Source of the DNA: an uncultured Gammaproteobacteria bacterium
GTDB taxonomy: Bacteria > Pseudomonadota > Gammaproteobacteria > SZUA-229
Length of the DNA stretch: 64,000 nt
NCBI GenBank assembly: GCA_963759005.1
Contig: CAVWXQ010000023.1
Location: forward strand, 63 to 64,062
Reading direction: 5' to 3'
This document shows positions 10,715-21,695 of this stretch, one piece after another; the stretch's first letter is position 1, and each line of letters begins with the position of its first letter. The notes beneath the pieces were generated by a model. It did not search any database. It was not told where the DNA came from and saw only the letters and a program-made list of their open reading frames with translations. The translations under genes were made by a program, and so were the position numbers.

Positions 10715-11371
10715 ATGTCCTCAATTCCTGATATTGCCTATACCATTGCTGTTTGGGCGGCGCCTATTTTATTTGCCATCACTTTGCATGAAGCTGCGCA
10801 CGGCTGGGTGGCAAACAAATTAGGTGATCCCACTGCAAAAAATCTGGGCAGAATAACCATTAATCCGATAAAGCATATTGATCCTGTGGGTACGGTAGTG
10901 GTACCGCTTTTTTTGGCGATGGTCAGTCCATTTGTTATGGGATGGGCAAAACCGGTGCCGATCCAGCCGCGTTACTTTAAATCACCGTTGCTGGATATGG
11001 GACTGGTTGCTATTGCCGGACCGGTATCGAATTTTTTCATGGCCTGTTTCTGGGCAATGTTTATCCAGTTGGCAACTATGTTATTGGAGCACTCACATTT
11101 GCTGGTTTTTCTGGCAGAAATGGGCAAAAACGGCATTATTATTAACATTATTTTAATGGTGTTAAATCTATTGCCAATTCCACCCCTGGATGGTGGACGT
11201 GTGGTTGCGGGTATTTTGCCACCGAATTTAGCTATGCCGTTTATGCAACTGGAAAGATTCGGCATGGTTATTATTTTACTATTACTTGTCAGTGGAATAC
11301 TCGGTAAAATCATGTGGCCGATTGTGCTGTATTTCGTCAACATTGTTGGCTCTATTTTTGGGCTTAGCTAA
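10715..11371 (+). CDS. Site-2 protease (M50) family protein
   Basis: HEAAH and NLLPIPPLDGG motifs. Confidence 0.92.
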   Translation: MSSIPDIAYTIAVWAAPILFAITLHEAAHGWVANKLGDPTAKNLGRITINPIKHIDPVGTVVVPLFLAMVSPFVMGWAKPVPIQPRYFKSPLLDMGLVAIAGPVSNFFMACFWAMFIQLATMLLEHSHLLVFLAEMGKNGIIINIILMVLNLLPIPPLDGGRVVAGILPPNLAMPFMQLERFGMVIILLLLVSGILGKIMWPIVLYFVNIVGSIFGLS

Positions 11372-11399
11372 AGCTTGCCTAGCAAAGGATTATAAAAAC

Positions 11400-12617
11400 T
11401 TGAATACTGTAGCAACACAACATCAGCGCGTTTTATCGGGAATGCGGCCTACCGGTCGTCTGCATTTGGGGCATTATCACGGTGTATTAAAAAATTGGGT
11501 GCAGTTACAGCATGAGTATGAGTGTTTCTTTTTTGTTGCCGACTGGCACGCCTTAACCACACATTACGAAGACCCCTCTATTATTGAGAAAAGCACCTGG
11601 GAAATGGTGGTTGACTGGTTAGCAGCGGGTATTAGTCCGGGCTCGGCGAAGTTGTTTATTCAGTCACAAGTACCGGAGCATGCGGAGCTGCACACGCTAT
11701 TGTCGATGATTACACCGTTGAGCTGGCTGGAGCGGGTGCCGACGTATAAAGATCAGCAGGAGATGTTAAAAGAAAAAGATCTGGCGACCTACGGTTTTCT
11801 GGGTTACCCGTTGCTGCAAAGCGCCGATATTCTGGCTTATAAGGCGGGTATGGTGCCGGTAGGCGAAGACCAGGTAGCGCATGTTGAGCTAACCCGTGAA
11901 GTGGCGCGACGTTTTAATCATCTTTATGGACGCGAGCCGGGCTTTGAGGAAAAAGCGGAGCAGGCTGCAGCTAAAATGGGCAAAAAAAATGCCCGTATGT
12001 TCTTTAAGTATCGTAAAAAATATCAGGAAAAAGGTAATGTTGAAGCATTGAGTGTGGCGCAAGCCTTGATTGACTCACAACAGAATATTTCAATTGGTGA
12101 TAAAGAGCGCCTGTTTGGTTACCTTGAGGGTTCCGGTAAAATAATTTTGCCAGAACCACAGGCCTTGCTAACCCCGGCCTCAAAAATGCCGGGGCTGGAT
12201 GGCCAGAAAATGTCCAAGTCGTATAATAATACGATTGCATTACGCGATAATCTCGATAAGGTGACTAAAAAAATACGCACCATGCCAACAGACCCGGCCA
12301 GAGTGCGGCGTAATGATCCCGGTGATCCTGACAAATGCCCGGTATGGCAATTTCACACTGTTTATTCAGATGAGGATACGCGTGAATGGGTACAGGAGGG
12401 CTGTAAAAGTGCCTCGATTGGCTGTGTAGAGTGTAAACAGCCCGTCATTGAATCGGTATTGGCAGAGCTAAAACCAATGCAGGAACGAGCCAGAGAATAC
12501 GAACAAGATGTATCGGCTGTTAAAGCCATCATTGAAGAAGGAAATGCGGCCGCAAGAGAAGTCGCGCGTGATACACTTGAAGATGTAAGAAAAGCAATGG
12601 GCATTGCTTATTTATAA
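11400..12617 (+). CDS. trpS: Tryptophan--tRNA ligase
   Basis: SGMRPTG..HLGH, VPVGEDQ, KMSKS. Probable TTG start at 11400. Confidence 0.95.
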   Translation: MNTVATQHQRVLSGMRPTGRLHLGHYHGVLKNWVQLQHEYECFFFVADWHALTTHYEDPSIIEKSTWEMVVDWLAAGISPGSAKLFIQSQVPEHAELHTLLSMITPLSWLERVPTYKDQQEMLKEKDLATYGFLGYPLLQSADILAYKAGMVPVGEDQVAHVELTREVARRFNHLYGREPGFEEKAEQAAAKMGKKNARMFFKYRKKYQEKGNVEALSVAQALIDSQQNISIGDKERLFGYLEGSGKIILPEPQALLTPASKMPGLDGQKMSKSYNNTIALRDNLDKVTKKIRTMPTDPARVRRNDPGDPDKCPVWQFHTVYSDEDTREWVQEGCKSASIGCVECKQPVIESVLAELKPMQERAREYEQDVSAVKAIIEEGNAAAREVARDTLEDVRKAMGIAYL

Positions 12618-12686
12618 TCGTCTGTTTATTAATCAGCGTTGCCTTACGCCTCAAGGCGAATTATCAATAAAGAATAAGCAGCTACT

Positions 12687-13649
12687 ATGACAAATCCAGA
12701 TATTCAGGAAACTCAGCAGCATCAGGCTTTACAGAAGGAACAAGCAGTTGAAAAAGCAGCTGCTGAAGAGACCACAATTGAGAAAAAAAGGGCTAGAAAG
12801 TCAAATAAAAAAGATCAGATTGCCGCCCAGGTAAGTGGACAGGGCGAATTGCCATTTGCACTGGTTCAGGGTGAGCCGCTCACCGTTATTCCACAGGACT
12901 TATACATTCCACCCGATGCCCTGGAAGTAATTCTTGAGGCTTTTGAAGGCCCGCTGGATTTACTGCTGTATTTGATCAAACGTCAGAATCTGGATATTCT
13001 GAATATTCCACTGGAAGAGATTACGCGCCAGTACATGACCTACATCGATTTGATGCAGAATTTAAAAATAGAACTGGCAGCCGAATATCTGTTGATGGCT
13101 GCGATGCTGGCTGAAATTAAATCACGCATGTTGCTGCCACGAGCGGCAGAAAGTGAAGACGAAGATGATCCGCGCGCTGAGTTGATTCGTCGTCTGCAGG
13201 AATACGAAGTATTTAAGACTGCCGCACAGGATATTGATGAAATGCCGCGTCTGTGTCGTGAATTTTATCTTACTGATATCGAACCGCCAGAAATACATCA
13301 GGATAAACCTGTACCAGAGGTAGATTTGCGTGATCTGTTGCTTGCCTTTAAAGATGCAATGGCGCGTGCTGATATGTATTCACATCATCATATTCAACGT
13401 GAGGGTCTGTCGGTACGTGAACGTATGAGCAATGTACTGAGTTTAATCAGTGCTGACGGGTTTACCTGCTACACCAGTTTATTTACCATCGATGAAGGGC
13501 GTCGTGGTGTTGTGGTCACACTGCTGGCTATTCTGGAGCTGGTTAAAGAGCAGTTAATCGATCTGGTGCAGGCTGATACGTTCGCACCGATTCATATAAA
13601 AGCGGTTGGTTCTCAATCTGATACGGTTCAGCTTGATAATAACGAATAA
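12687..13649 (+). CDS. scpA: Segregation/condensation protein A
   Basis: FEGPLDLLLYLIKRQ, EIKSRMLLP, LAILEL. Confidence 0.93.
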   Translation: MTNPDIQETQQHQALQKEQAVEKAAAEETTIEKKRARKSNKKDQIAAQVSGQGELPFALVQGEPLTVIPQDLYIPPDALEVILEAFEGPLDLLLYLIKRQNLDILNIPLEEITRQYMTYIDLMQNLKIELAAEYLLMAAMLAEIKSRMLLPRAAESEDEDDPRAELIRRLQEYEVFKTAAQDIDEMPRLCREFYLTDIEPPEIHQDKPVPEVDLRDLLLAFKDAMARADMYSHHHIQREGLSVRERMSNVLSLISADGFTCYTSLFTIDEGRRGVVVTLLAILELVKEQLIDLVQADTFAPIHIKAVGSQSDTVQLDNNE

Positions 13650-13662
13650 GATAACAGGGTGA

Positions 13663-14511
13663 ATGATGGATATAACTAAACTTAAAAATATTCTTGAAGC
13701 AGTATTATTGGCAGCAGATCGGACACTAACGGTAATTCACCTGGAAGCCTTATTCGAACTTGATGAAGAGCGCCCGACTCGTGATGAAATTCGTCAGGCA
13801 CTGCATGAAATGGCGGATGATTATGCCTCGCGTGGTTATGAATTAAAACAGGTTGCCAGTGGTTTTCGGTTGCAGGTAAAACAGGAATATGCCACCTGGG
13901 TTAGCCGCTTATGGGAAGAAAAGCCAGCACGTTACACACGTGCGTTACTGGAAACGATGGCGCTTATCGCTTATCGCCAACCCATTACACGTGGTGAAAT
14001 TGAAGAAGTACGCGGCGTTAGCGTCAGCTCAAATATTGTCAAAACCTTACTTGAGCGTGACTGGATTAAAGTTCTGGGGCATAAAGATGTTCCCGGTAAA
14101 CCATCACTTTATGGAACAACAAAAGAGTTTCTTGATTATTTCAATTTAAACTCACTTGACCAGTTGCCGACACTGGCTGAGATAAAAGAATTAGACAGTA
14201 TTCATCCTGAGTTAGCCTTAGACGAAGATTCTGCCGAAAACGCTTCTGACCATCCCGATGATAGTCATGAAGGGAAAAACGCCGAGCCGGCAGACGATAA
14301 CAGTAATGGAAATGACGAATCTTCAGTAGCGGAGTTTTCAGTAGACGATGCCAATGATTCACTGAATGAAGATGATGCGGCCGAAGACAGTAGTATCGAA
14401 GAAGTAGGTGAGCAGCAAGTCGCTGAAGAAACCGTTACTGAGGCATCAACATCGGTAGATGATGATCCTGAACAACAGCACGAAGGTGGAAAACAGGTCT
14501 TTAATGTATAA
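13663..14511 (+). CDS. scpB: SMC-Scp complex subunit ScpB with acidic tail
   Basis: LETMALIAYRQPITRGEIEEVRGV, YGTTKEFLDYF. Confidence 0.94.
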   Translation: MMDITKLKNILEAVLLAADRTLTVIHLEALFELDEERPTRDEIRQALHEMADDYASRGYELKQVASGFRLQVKQEYATWVSRLWEEKPARYTRALLETMALIAYRQPITRGEIEEVRGVSVSSNIVKTLLERDWIKVLGHKDVPGKPSLYGTTKEFLDYFNLNSLDQLPTLAEIKELDSIHPELALDEDSAENASDHPDDSHEGKNAEPADDNSNGNDESSVAEFSVDDANDSLNEDDAAEDSSIEEVGEQQVAEETVTEASTSVDDDPEQQHEGGKQVFNV

Positions 14512-14585
14512 CGACCTTCTGTAATTCTTTCGTTTTTCTTTTTTGTACTAAGGCTTCCTTTTATTAATAGTTACCAGGTCAGGTC

Positions 14586-15578
14586 ATGTCAGAAGAATTT
14601 GTTCGACATAAAGAGTTAAAGCCGGAACGCATACAGAAAGCATTAGCGCGTATGGGTTACGGTTCGCGTCGTGAGATTGAGCGCCTGATAGGCGAACAGA
14701 AAATTCGTATCAATGGCCAGCTTGCGAAAATTGGCGATCATGTAAAACAAGGTGACAAGGTCAATATCGGCGATCGCCGTGCTGTCATCACTTCTGATGT
14801 TAAACGTATTCGTGTCCTCCTATACAATAAACCGGAAGGTGAAATCTGTACTCAAAAAGATGAAGCAGGACGAAAGACCGTATTCGAAAGTATTGGCAGA
14901 TTAAAGGAAGGGCGCTGGATATGCATTGGTCGCCTGGATATTAATTCCAGCGGCCTGCTGTTATTTACAAATTATGGTGATCTGGCAAATCATTTGATGC
15001 ATCCATCCAGTGAAATTGAACGTGAATACGCCGTTCGAGTTAATGGCGAAGTGACCAATGGCATTATTAAAAACTTATTAACAGGAGTTGAGCTGGAAGA
15101 TGGCCTGCTCAAGTTTGAGCAAATAATTGATGCTGGTGGACAGGGCGCTAACCATTGGTACCACGTGATTTTAAAAGAAGGTAAAAATCGAGAGGTACGT
15201 CGGCTCTGGCAATCACAGGATATGCGTGTTAGCCGATTGACCAGAGTACGCTATGGTAATCTGCTGTTACCGCGAGATTTAAAAGTAGGTAAAAAAGTCG
15301 AGTTATCACTTGATGAAATAAAATCTTTATTTGATGAGGTCAACCTTAAGTGGCCAGAGTCACGTGATGAGATGGCTTCACTGCGAAGCCATAAAGCTAA
15401 AAACCTGTCGATAAAAAACCAACGATTTGGCGGAGCATTAAATTCAAAATCAAAGACTGCGCCTAAAAACAGGAAAACTTCTGCTTCGTCTACAGGTCAA
15501 AGTGGCAGGACTGGCTTGAGAAAGAAAGCTAAGTCAGTACAATCTAAAAGATCTACTGCAAAAAGTAAGCATAAGTAA
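14586..15578 (+). CDS. rluB: 23S rRNA pseudouridine synthase RluB
   Basis: S4 domain, GRLDINSSGLLL, EGKNREVRR; follows scpAB. Confidence 0.9.
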   Translation: MSEEFVRHKELKPERIQKALARMGYGSRREIERLIGEQKIRINGQLAKIGDHVKQGDKVNIGDRRAVITSDVKRIRVLLYNKPEGEICTQKDEAGRKTVFESIGRLKEGRWICIGRLDINSSGLLLFTNYGDLANHLMHPSSEIEREYAVRVNGEVTNGIIKNLLTGVELEDGLLKFEQIIDAGGQGANHWYHVILKEGKNREVRRLWQSQDMRVSRLTRVRYGNLLLPRDLKVGKKVELSLDEIKSLFDEVNLKWPESRDEMASLRSHKAKNLSIKNQRFGGALNSKSKTAPKNRKTSASSTGQSGRTGLRKKAKSVQSKRSTAKSKHK

Positions 15579-15607
15579 GTTACTTATTATTTAGAGGTGA
15601 ACTTTCC

Positions 15608-16650
15608 ATGATTAAACTATTTTCATTAAAGTTCGTATTCATTCTTTTTGTTGTATCTTTGATTAATTCGCAACAAACTTATGCAAAATCAGAAGGTGAA
15701 CTTGCCGCAGGGCATGGTCAATCCTGGACATGCAGAAAAACCGTGCATGGTTTAAAGTCTCCTTTCTTGATCTGTTCGAAGATATTAATGAAGCGGCTGA
15801 TAATAATAAACGATTGATGATTTATTATTATCAGGACGGTTGTCCTTATTGTGAAAAGTTACTGCAGGATAATTTTGGCCAGCGAAATATTGCTGATAAA
15901 ACACAACAATATTTTGATGTGGTTGCGATTAATCTGTGGGGTGACCAGGAAGTAACCGTAGGTGATAAACTCTATACAGAAAAGGAGCTTGCAGAAGCTT
16001 TAAAGGTTCAGTACACACCCACCTTATTATTCTTTAATGAAGACAGTGAAAGTTGTATTTCGCGCTAACGGTTATTATCCGCCTGAAAAATTCAGTGCCT
16101 TATTAGACTACATCGGGGAAAAACAGGAATCAAAACTCAGTTATCAGGATTACATGGCAAAAGTGAATCCTCAACCTTCAACAGGTCGGCTTCATAATGA
16201 TATTAATACGGTGGTTTCGGTTACTGATTTAAGCAATCAGCATAAACCTCTTCTGGTGATGTTTGAACAAAGAAAATGCAGTACCTGTGATGAGTTACAC
16301 CTTGATATATTAAAACGTAAAGAGAGTGTAACGTTATTGTCTGGTTTTAATGTGGTGGTGCTGGATATGTGGTCAAATGAAATGATTACTACGCCTGCTG
16401 GGGAAAAAATAAAAATACGTGACTGGGCTAAAAAACTGGACGTGAAATATGCACCAAGCCTGTTGTTTTTTAATACAAGGGTGAAGAGATTTTCCGGGCC
16501 GATGCTTATCTAAAAGCCTTTCATACGCAGACAGCAATGGACTATGTATCCTCTGGCGCTTATAAAACGCAGAGCAATTTTCAACGTTTTGTAGATACAC
16601 GTGCAGATCATCTGCGCGAACAGGGTATTGAAATAAATTTGATGGAATAG
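15608..16650 (+). pseudogene. SoxW-like double thioredoxin-fold protein, split by several frameshifts
   Basis: Fragments give a signal peptide, WFKVSFLDL.ED, QDGCPYC, VQYTPTLLF, FEQRKCSTC, and end QGIEINLME* at 16650. Confidence 0.7.
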
Positions 16651-16678
16651 TACCTGTGAAGAGCATGAGTAAAAAATA

Positions 16679-16783
16679 TTCACCACAGAGGCACAGAGCA
16701 CACAGAGAAAAACTATTTATTACTTAGTGCGCCGCAGGCGCACAAAAATAAAACCTCTGTGTCCTCTGTGCCTCTGTGGTGAA
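16679..16783. repeat. CACCACAGAG inverted-repeat element (family A)
   Basis: ttcaccacagaggcacagagcacacagag ... ctctgtgtcctctgtgcctctgtggtgaa, with inner hairpin gtgcgccgcaggcgcac. Confidence 0.9.
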
Positions 16784-16823
16784 AAAATCTTTTCCTTTGC
16801 CTTAACTCTCAGGTTTAACAAAC

Positions 16824-17537
16824 ATGAATGGCTCACTACAGACAATACCGCTAATCAATTTATCACTTGCCTTTATTCCAGCGTTAGTCACCATTGTTAT
16901 TCTTTTTAAGTGGTCATTAAATTCAACCAATGCGCTTTATGCTATTTCTCGGATGTTAGTGCAGTTACTGCTTATCGGTTATTTCCTGACTTATATTTTT
17001 GAATCGGATAGTGCAGGCATTGTCATTGTTATATTGGCAGTGATGGTTTTTGCATCAAGCTGGATTGCTTTGGGAACAGTAGCGGATAAAAGATTGCAGT
17101 TATATAAATATGCATTTGTGGCTATCTCATTAGGTGGTGGTTTTACCTTGCTGTTAATCTCACAAGGTGTATTAGCACTGGACCCATGGTACTCGCCTCA
17201 GTCGATGATACCTGTTGCAGGAATGATCTTTGCGAATACAATGAATAGCGTTAGTCTTGCGGCTGAACGTCTAAATGCCGAGATTAGCAGAAACGTTTGT
17301 TATGATGAAGCTCGACATATTGCGTTTCAGTCTTCTCTTATCCCGGTTATTAATTCCCTGTTTGCAGTTGGGCTGGTCTCATTACCAGGCATGATGACAG
17401 GTCAGATTCTGTCTGGTGTTTCACCCTTAATTGCTGTCAGGTATCAAATTATGGTGATGTGTATGATATTCGGCTCGGCAGGTATTGCTACGGCCTTTTT
17501 CCTGGTGCTGGTTAAGCCCGTTTTTGAGAAAACATAG
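16824..17537 (+). CDS. UPF0014 / FetB(YbbM)-like ABC permease
   Basis: RMLVQLLLIGY, IPVAGMIFAN, GLVSLPGMMTGQILSG.SP..AVRYQI. Confidence 0.85.
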   Translation: MNGSLQTIPLINLSLAFIPALVTIVILFKWSLNSTNALYAISRMLVQLLLIGYFLTYIFESDSAGIVIVILAVMVFASSWIALGTVADKRLQLYKYAFVAISLGGGFTLLLISQGVLALDPWYSPQSMIPVAGMIFANTMNSVSLAAERLNAEISRNVCYDEARHIAFQSSLIPVINSLFAVGLVSLPGMMTGQILSGVSPLIAVRYQIMVMCMIFGSAGIATAFFLVLVKPVFEKT

Positions 17538-17594
17538 AGTTAACCGGGTACAGAAAACGTAAAACCGCTACGGTTATACTCTAATGGTTATATA

Positions 17595-17773
17595 ATCCTA
17601 AAAAAATCAGTTGAATCTACTGCGAACGACCAATGCACTGAATCTACAAGACTTTCTCGAACATTTTGAATTCACCGTATGGGTGATACGTTTTCGCTCA
17701 AAATAACCGATAAAGTATTGTATATTCAACACCTTGATCGCTCTCGCTACGATCCAACTGATTTATTTAGGAT
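17595..17773. mobile_element. MITE family B, copy 1
   Basis: TIRs atcctaaaaaaatcagttgaatc / gatccaactgatttatttaggat. Near-identical inverted copy at 35472-35699. Confidence 0.85.
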
Positions 17774-18505
17774 AGTCGATGTCACATCTTCAAAATTAAA
17801 AATTTTTCCATGTGAAAATTCACCATTAATTGTTTTACTGTTTTCGCTTAATAAAAAAGCAGCTACTTTGCCGACTTCTTCAGGTCTGGTCAGTGCTGTC
17901 GAATCTTCAGCAGGAAAGGCACGGGTTCTGAATGCTGTTTTTACAATACCAGGAAGTAAACCCTTGACGATAATAGAGGTAGACTCCAGTTCGTCGGCCA
18001 GGATTTCCATGAAACAGCGTAATCCTGCCTTTGATACACCATAAGCTCCCCAGTACGCCGTGTTTTTGTTATCAAGGGTAAAGACAATAGCGCTGGTGTT
18101 TTCATGGTTGAGTAATGGAATACATGTCTGAGTTAACATGAAAGTAGCATTTAAATTAATCTGCAAAACCCGATACCAGAGGTTTAAGTCATATTGCTGA
18201 ATCGGAGTGGATGCTCCCAGCCAGCCAGCATTATTAAATAAGCCGTCTAACTTGCCAAATTCTTTGGCGATAACCTCTTTTAAGGTGTCGCAGTCCTCGG
18301 GTGTTATCTTTTCAAAATCTAATGGATAAATAACAGGTTCGGTATAACCTGCCTGTACTATTTCATCGTACAGAATTTCGAGTTTAGGCTCGGTTTTTCC
18401 GTGTATTATCACCGTTGCGCCCTGTTTGGCACACTCTATCGCTGTGGCTTTTCCGATGCCATCGCTAGCGCCGGTGATTAAAATTGTTTTGTCGGTTAAT
18501 TGCAT
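17747..18505 (-). CDS. yciK: YciK-family short-chain dehydrogenase
   Basis: TGASDGIG, AYWGAYGVSK, RTRAFPAED. Confidence 0.88.
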   Translation of the reverse strand: MQLTDKTILITGASDGIGKATAIECAKQGATVIIHGKTEPKLEILYDEIVQAGYTEPVIYPLDFEKITPEDCDTLKEVIAKEFGKLDGLFNNAGWLGASTPIQQYDLNLWYRVLQINLNATFMLTQTCIPLLNHENTSAIVFTLDNKNTAYWGAYGVSKAGLRCFMEILADELESTSIIVKGLLPGIVKTAFRTRAFPAEDSTALTRPEEVGKVAAFLLSENSKTINGEFSHGKIFNFEDVTSTILNKSVGS

Positions 18506-18543
18506 AATCTGATGATGTGCTTAAAATTGGTGACCTATTTTAC

Positions 18544-18812
18544 TAGGGTACCTCTGGTTAAGTCTATGATGTTTCTGGCTTACAGGCTTACTCGTGATCA
18601 AGGCATCATTTTGAAAGCATGTAGGAACCTGGTGAAAAATGATAACGCTGAGTACGGGTAAGCCTGTAAGCCCCTTCGGGCGCGACCTGAAGGGCACATT
18701 TGCTGCGTTGCAAAGCTTGTTAAGGACTAAGGCCATTAACTTCACTTTGCGCCTTGCAACTATACCCTTCAGGTCACGCAGAAATATTATAGACTTAACC
18801 AGAGGTGCCCTA
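18544..18812. mobile_element. MITE family D
   Basis: ~23-bp TIRs tagggtacctctggttaagtcta / tagacttaaccagaggtgcccta with TA ends, lying between divergent yciK and mnmC. Confidence 0.8.
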
Positions 18813-18831
18813 ATCTCAACCTCAAACGGCT

Positions 18832-20796
18832 ATGCAGTATACAAATTTAATCTGGCGTGACGGACAGCCTTACAGTGAATTATTTGATGATATTTATTAT
18901 TCGTCAAATGCAGGTGAAGTTATTTCAGGCGAAAGTGAGTTTCAATACGTTTTTTTTAAACACAATGGTTTGCCTGAACGCTGGCAGGGACGGAGTGATT
19001 TCGTCATCGCCGAGTTAGGTTTTGGCAGTGGTTTAAACTGTATCTTAACCATACGTGAATGGTTAAAACATTGTACAGAATGTAATGAGCAAAAAACGCT
19101 GCATTATATTGCCATAGAAAAGCATCCACTTTCAGCAGCAACCATTGTTGACTTGATCTCACGATATCCTGAATTAAAACAATTCTGTGATGAGTTGGTA
19201 AAGAACTACCCGCCAGCTATTGAGACAACACACAGTCGCCGCTTATTTAATAATCGCGTGGTTATACATTTTAAGTTTATGGATGTTTGTCACGCTTTAG
19301 AAAACCATAAACTAAATGTTGACGCCTGGTTCCTGGATGGGTTTTCGCCTGCAAAAAACCCTGATATGTGGTCGCAGGAACTGTTTTTTCAGATTGCTCT
19401 GAATAGTTCTGATGGTTCAACGTGCAGCACATATACGTCGGCTGGATGGGTAAAACGAAATCTCCAGAAGGCTGGTTTTGTAGTTAACAAGGTAAGTGGC
19501 TTTGGTAAAAAACGAGAAATGCTTGTCGCTAAACTACCTTTTGAGCAGTTGAATTTTAGCAGAAGGACGAACCTTAGGTATAAGGACAAACCATGGTTTG
19601 AGCCACCAGTAAAAAAACCTGCTGCTATAAAAAATGCAACAATAGTCGGGGCAGGTATAGCAGGATTAAGTCTTGCTTATGCTTTTGTGCAACGGGGCTG
19701 GACGGTTACTATAGTTGATAAAGATGGTGATAATCAAAAACAGGCTTCTTCTAATCCAGCGCCAATTGTCTATCCGCGTTTATCTATTAATAATGATGTA
19801 GATACAGAATTCTTCACTTCAGCTTATTGTTATGCCTTATATGTCTTTAAGTCATTGCAAATAAAAAGTCAGCGGCGCTTCTGGTTAGATGATGGTGTGC
19901 TGCAGCTGATAGATAAAAAACGAATCACACAAATAATAAATAAATTTCAGTTTAATAGTGATTTTATTTCAATTGTTGATGGCGTTGATGTTGATAAGGA
20001 AGAACAACAGGTAACCGTTAATTATGCATCTGCAGGCGTGGTGCTACCAGCTATATTATGTGATGTTTTAAAAAGTGAATGTGGAAATAAACTAAATATT
20101 ATCGATGCGGAAGTTGCTCATATCAATTATGACGGTAAAAATTGGCAGTGCTTACAGGGCTCTCAATTAATTAATCAAACTGAGATATTGATTATTGCTA
20201 ATGGTATGGCGATAAATGATTTAGCTTCGTCGTTGAGATTTCCGCTTGAAGCGATACGCGGCCAGGTTGTAGCGTTAAATGAGACTCGGGTTTCACCTGA
20301 AATTACAAAAACACTTAATGCAGATGTTCATATTACCCCTGCGATTAATGGCAAACATTATCTTGGCGCAACATATACCAGGAACAGTGGAGAGTCAGAC
20401 GTTAGTCAAAAGGAGAACAGGGATTTGCTTGAATCACTTAATAAATATTATCCTGGTAATTTTACAGAAGATGATATTTGTGAAACATGGGTTGGTTTTC
20501 GGACAATGTCAAAAGACAGGGTGCCAATTGTTGGTGCTGTACCAGATGAGTCTTTTTTTGCTAAAGAATATGCAGATATACGTCATGGAAATAGCACAAA
20601 AACATACCCGCCAGCGAGTTATTTAAATGGTTTATATATTTCAGCGGCACATGGTTCACGAGGTTTTACCAGTAGTTTTTTGTCTGCGGAAATTGTTGCC
20701 TCATTAATAAATAGTGAACCCAGCCCTGTTAGTAAAAGAGTGCTTGATTATCTAAGTCCTTCAAGGTTTATTGTTAACAGCTTAAAGCGCAGGTGA
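18832..20796 (+). CDS. mnmC: Bifunctional tRNA mnm5s2U34 methyltransferase/FAD-dependent oxidoreductase MnmC
   Basis: ELGFGSGLN, DAWFLDGFSPAKNPDMW, GAGIAG, HGSRG. Confidence 0.95.
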   Translation: MQYTNLIWRDGQPYSELFDDIYYSSNAGEVISGESEFQYVFFKHNGLPERWQGRSDFVIAELGFGSGLNCILTIREWLKHCTECNEQKTLHYIAIEKHPLSAATIVDLISRYPELKQFCDELVKNYPPAIETTHSRRLFNNRVVIHFKFMDVCHALENHKLNVDAWFLDGFSPAKNPDMWSQELFFQIALNSSDGSTCSTYTSAGWVKRNLQKAGFVVNKVSGFGKKREMLVAKLPFEQLNFSRRTNLRYKDKPWFEPPVKKPAAIKNATIVGAGIAGLSLAYAFVQRGWTVTIVDKDGDNQKQASSNPAPIVYPRLSINNDVDTEFFTSAYCYALYVFKSLQIKSQRRFWLDDGVLQLIDKKRITQIINKFQFNSDFISIVDGVDVDKEEQQVTVNYASAGVVLPAILCDVLKSECGNKLNIIDAEVAHINYDGKNWQCLQGSQLINQTEILIIANGMAINDLASSLRFPLEAIRGQVVALNETRVSPEITKTLNADVHITPAINGKHYLGATYTRNSGESDVSQKENRDLLESLNKYYPGNFTEDDICETWVGFRTMSKDRVPIVGAVPDESFFAKEYADIRHGNSTKTYPPASYLNGLYISAAHGSRGFTSSFLSAEIVASLINSEPSPVSKRVLDYLSPSRFIVNSLKRR

Positions 20797-20939
20797 TTTT
20801 CATCCTGGATTTAGCTTAAGAATGGCCTTTGCATCAGCTACTTTTAATTGATTACATTTCAGGACGAATCGCTGTAGAATCCAAGGTGTTAAAAAAAGTC
20901 AAAACAAACACCAAATTCCAGTAAGTAAATGAGAAAACT

Positions 20940-21695
20940 ATGTTAAAAACGCTAGTCAATGGTTTATATGTAGTGTTTATTGTTATCCTGGGAATGAGTC
21001 CAGCTTTTTCGTCCTGCGAGGATGAAGCTAAACCTGGCGTTAACTGGTCAAATTGTGATTTTTCTGGAAAAGACCTGAAAAACAAAGACTTATCAAGCGC
21101 TATATTAACCAGAGCAAATTTTGATAATGCTGATTTTTCTGGCTCGTTACTGGAAAATGCGGATTTCAACTTTGCAAAGCTTGCCAATACACGTTTTGAT
21201 AATACAAGAATGTCTAACGTTAGAATGGTAGCGGTAAAAGGACAGGGCACGAGTTTTAAAAATGCGGTACTTGAAAATAGCCATTTCAGCCGGTCGCAGC
21301 TTAAAAATGCTGATTTCACCGGAGTCAGAGCGGATAAAACAAATTTTTATGACGCCGAGCTTGAATCAGCCGTGTTTACCAGCGCCAGGTTAAATGAATC
21401 TAATTTCGAACAAAGTAATTTAAAAAGTGCAAAATTTGACCAGTCGATATTAAATAAATCGATATTCCGCAAATCACGATTACATAATACTAATTTCAAC
21501 AACGCTGATTTGAGTAAAGCAATACTTGATAAGTCAGATTGCCGTGGCGCTGATTTTAGCAAAGCTAATTTAACCAGGGCCTCCTTCAAACAGGCTGAAA
21601 TTGAAGAAGCTATTTTTACAGGAGCTATCTTGCGTGACGCAATCTGGTCAGACTATAAACGATGCCGATCCAGCTCGATAGGTACCTGCCAATGA
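20940..21695 (+). CDS. Exported pentapeptide-repeat protein
   Basis: Signal peptide; A(D/N)(F/L)xx repeats; terminal Cys pairs (SSIGTCQ). Confidence 0.9.
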   Translation: MLKTLVNGLYVVFIVILGMSPAFSSCEDEAKPGVNWSNCDFSGKDLKNKDLSSAILTRANFDNADFSGSLLENADFNFAKLANTRFDNTRMSNVRMVAVKGQGTSFKNAVLENSHFSRSQLKNADFTGVRADKTNFYDAELESAVFTSARLNESNFEQSNLKSAKFDQSILNKSIFRKSRLHNTNFNNADLSKAILDKSDCRGADFSKANLTRASFKQAEIEEAIFTGAILRDAIWSDYKRCRSSSIGTCQ

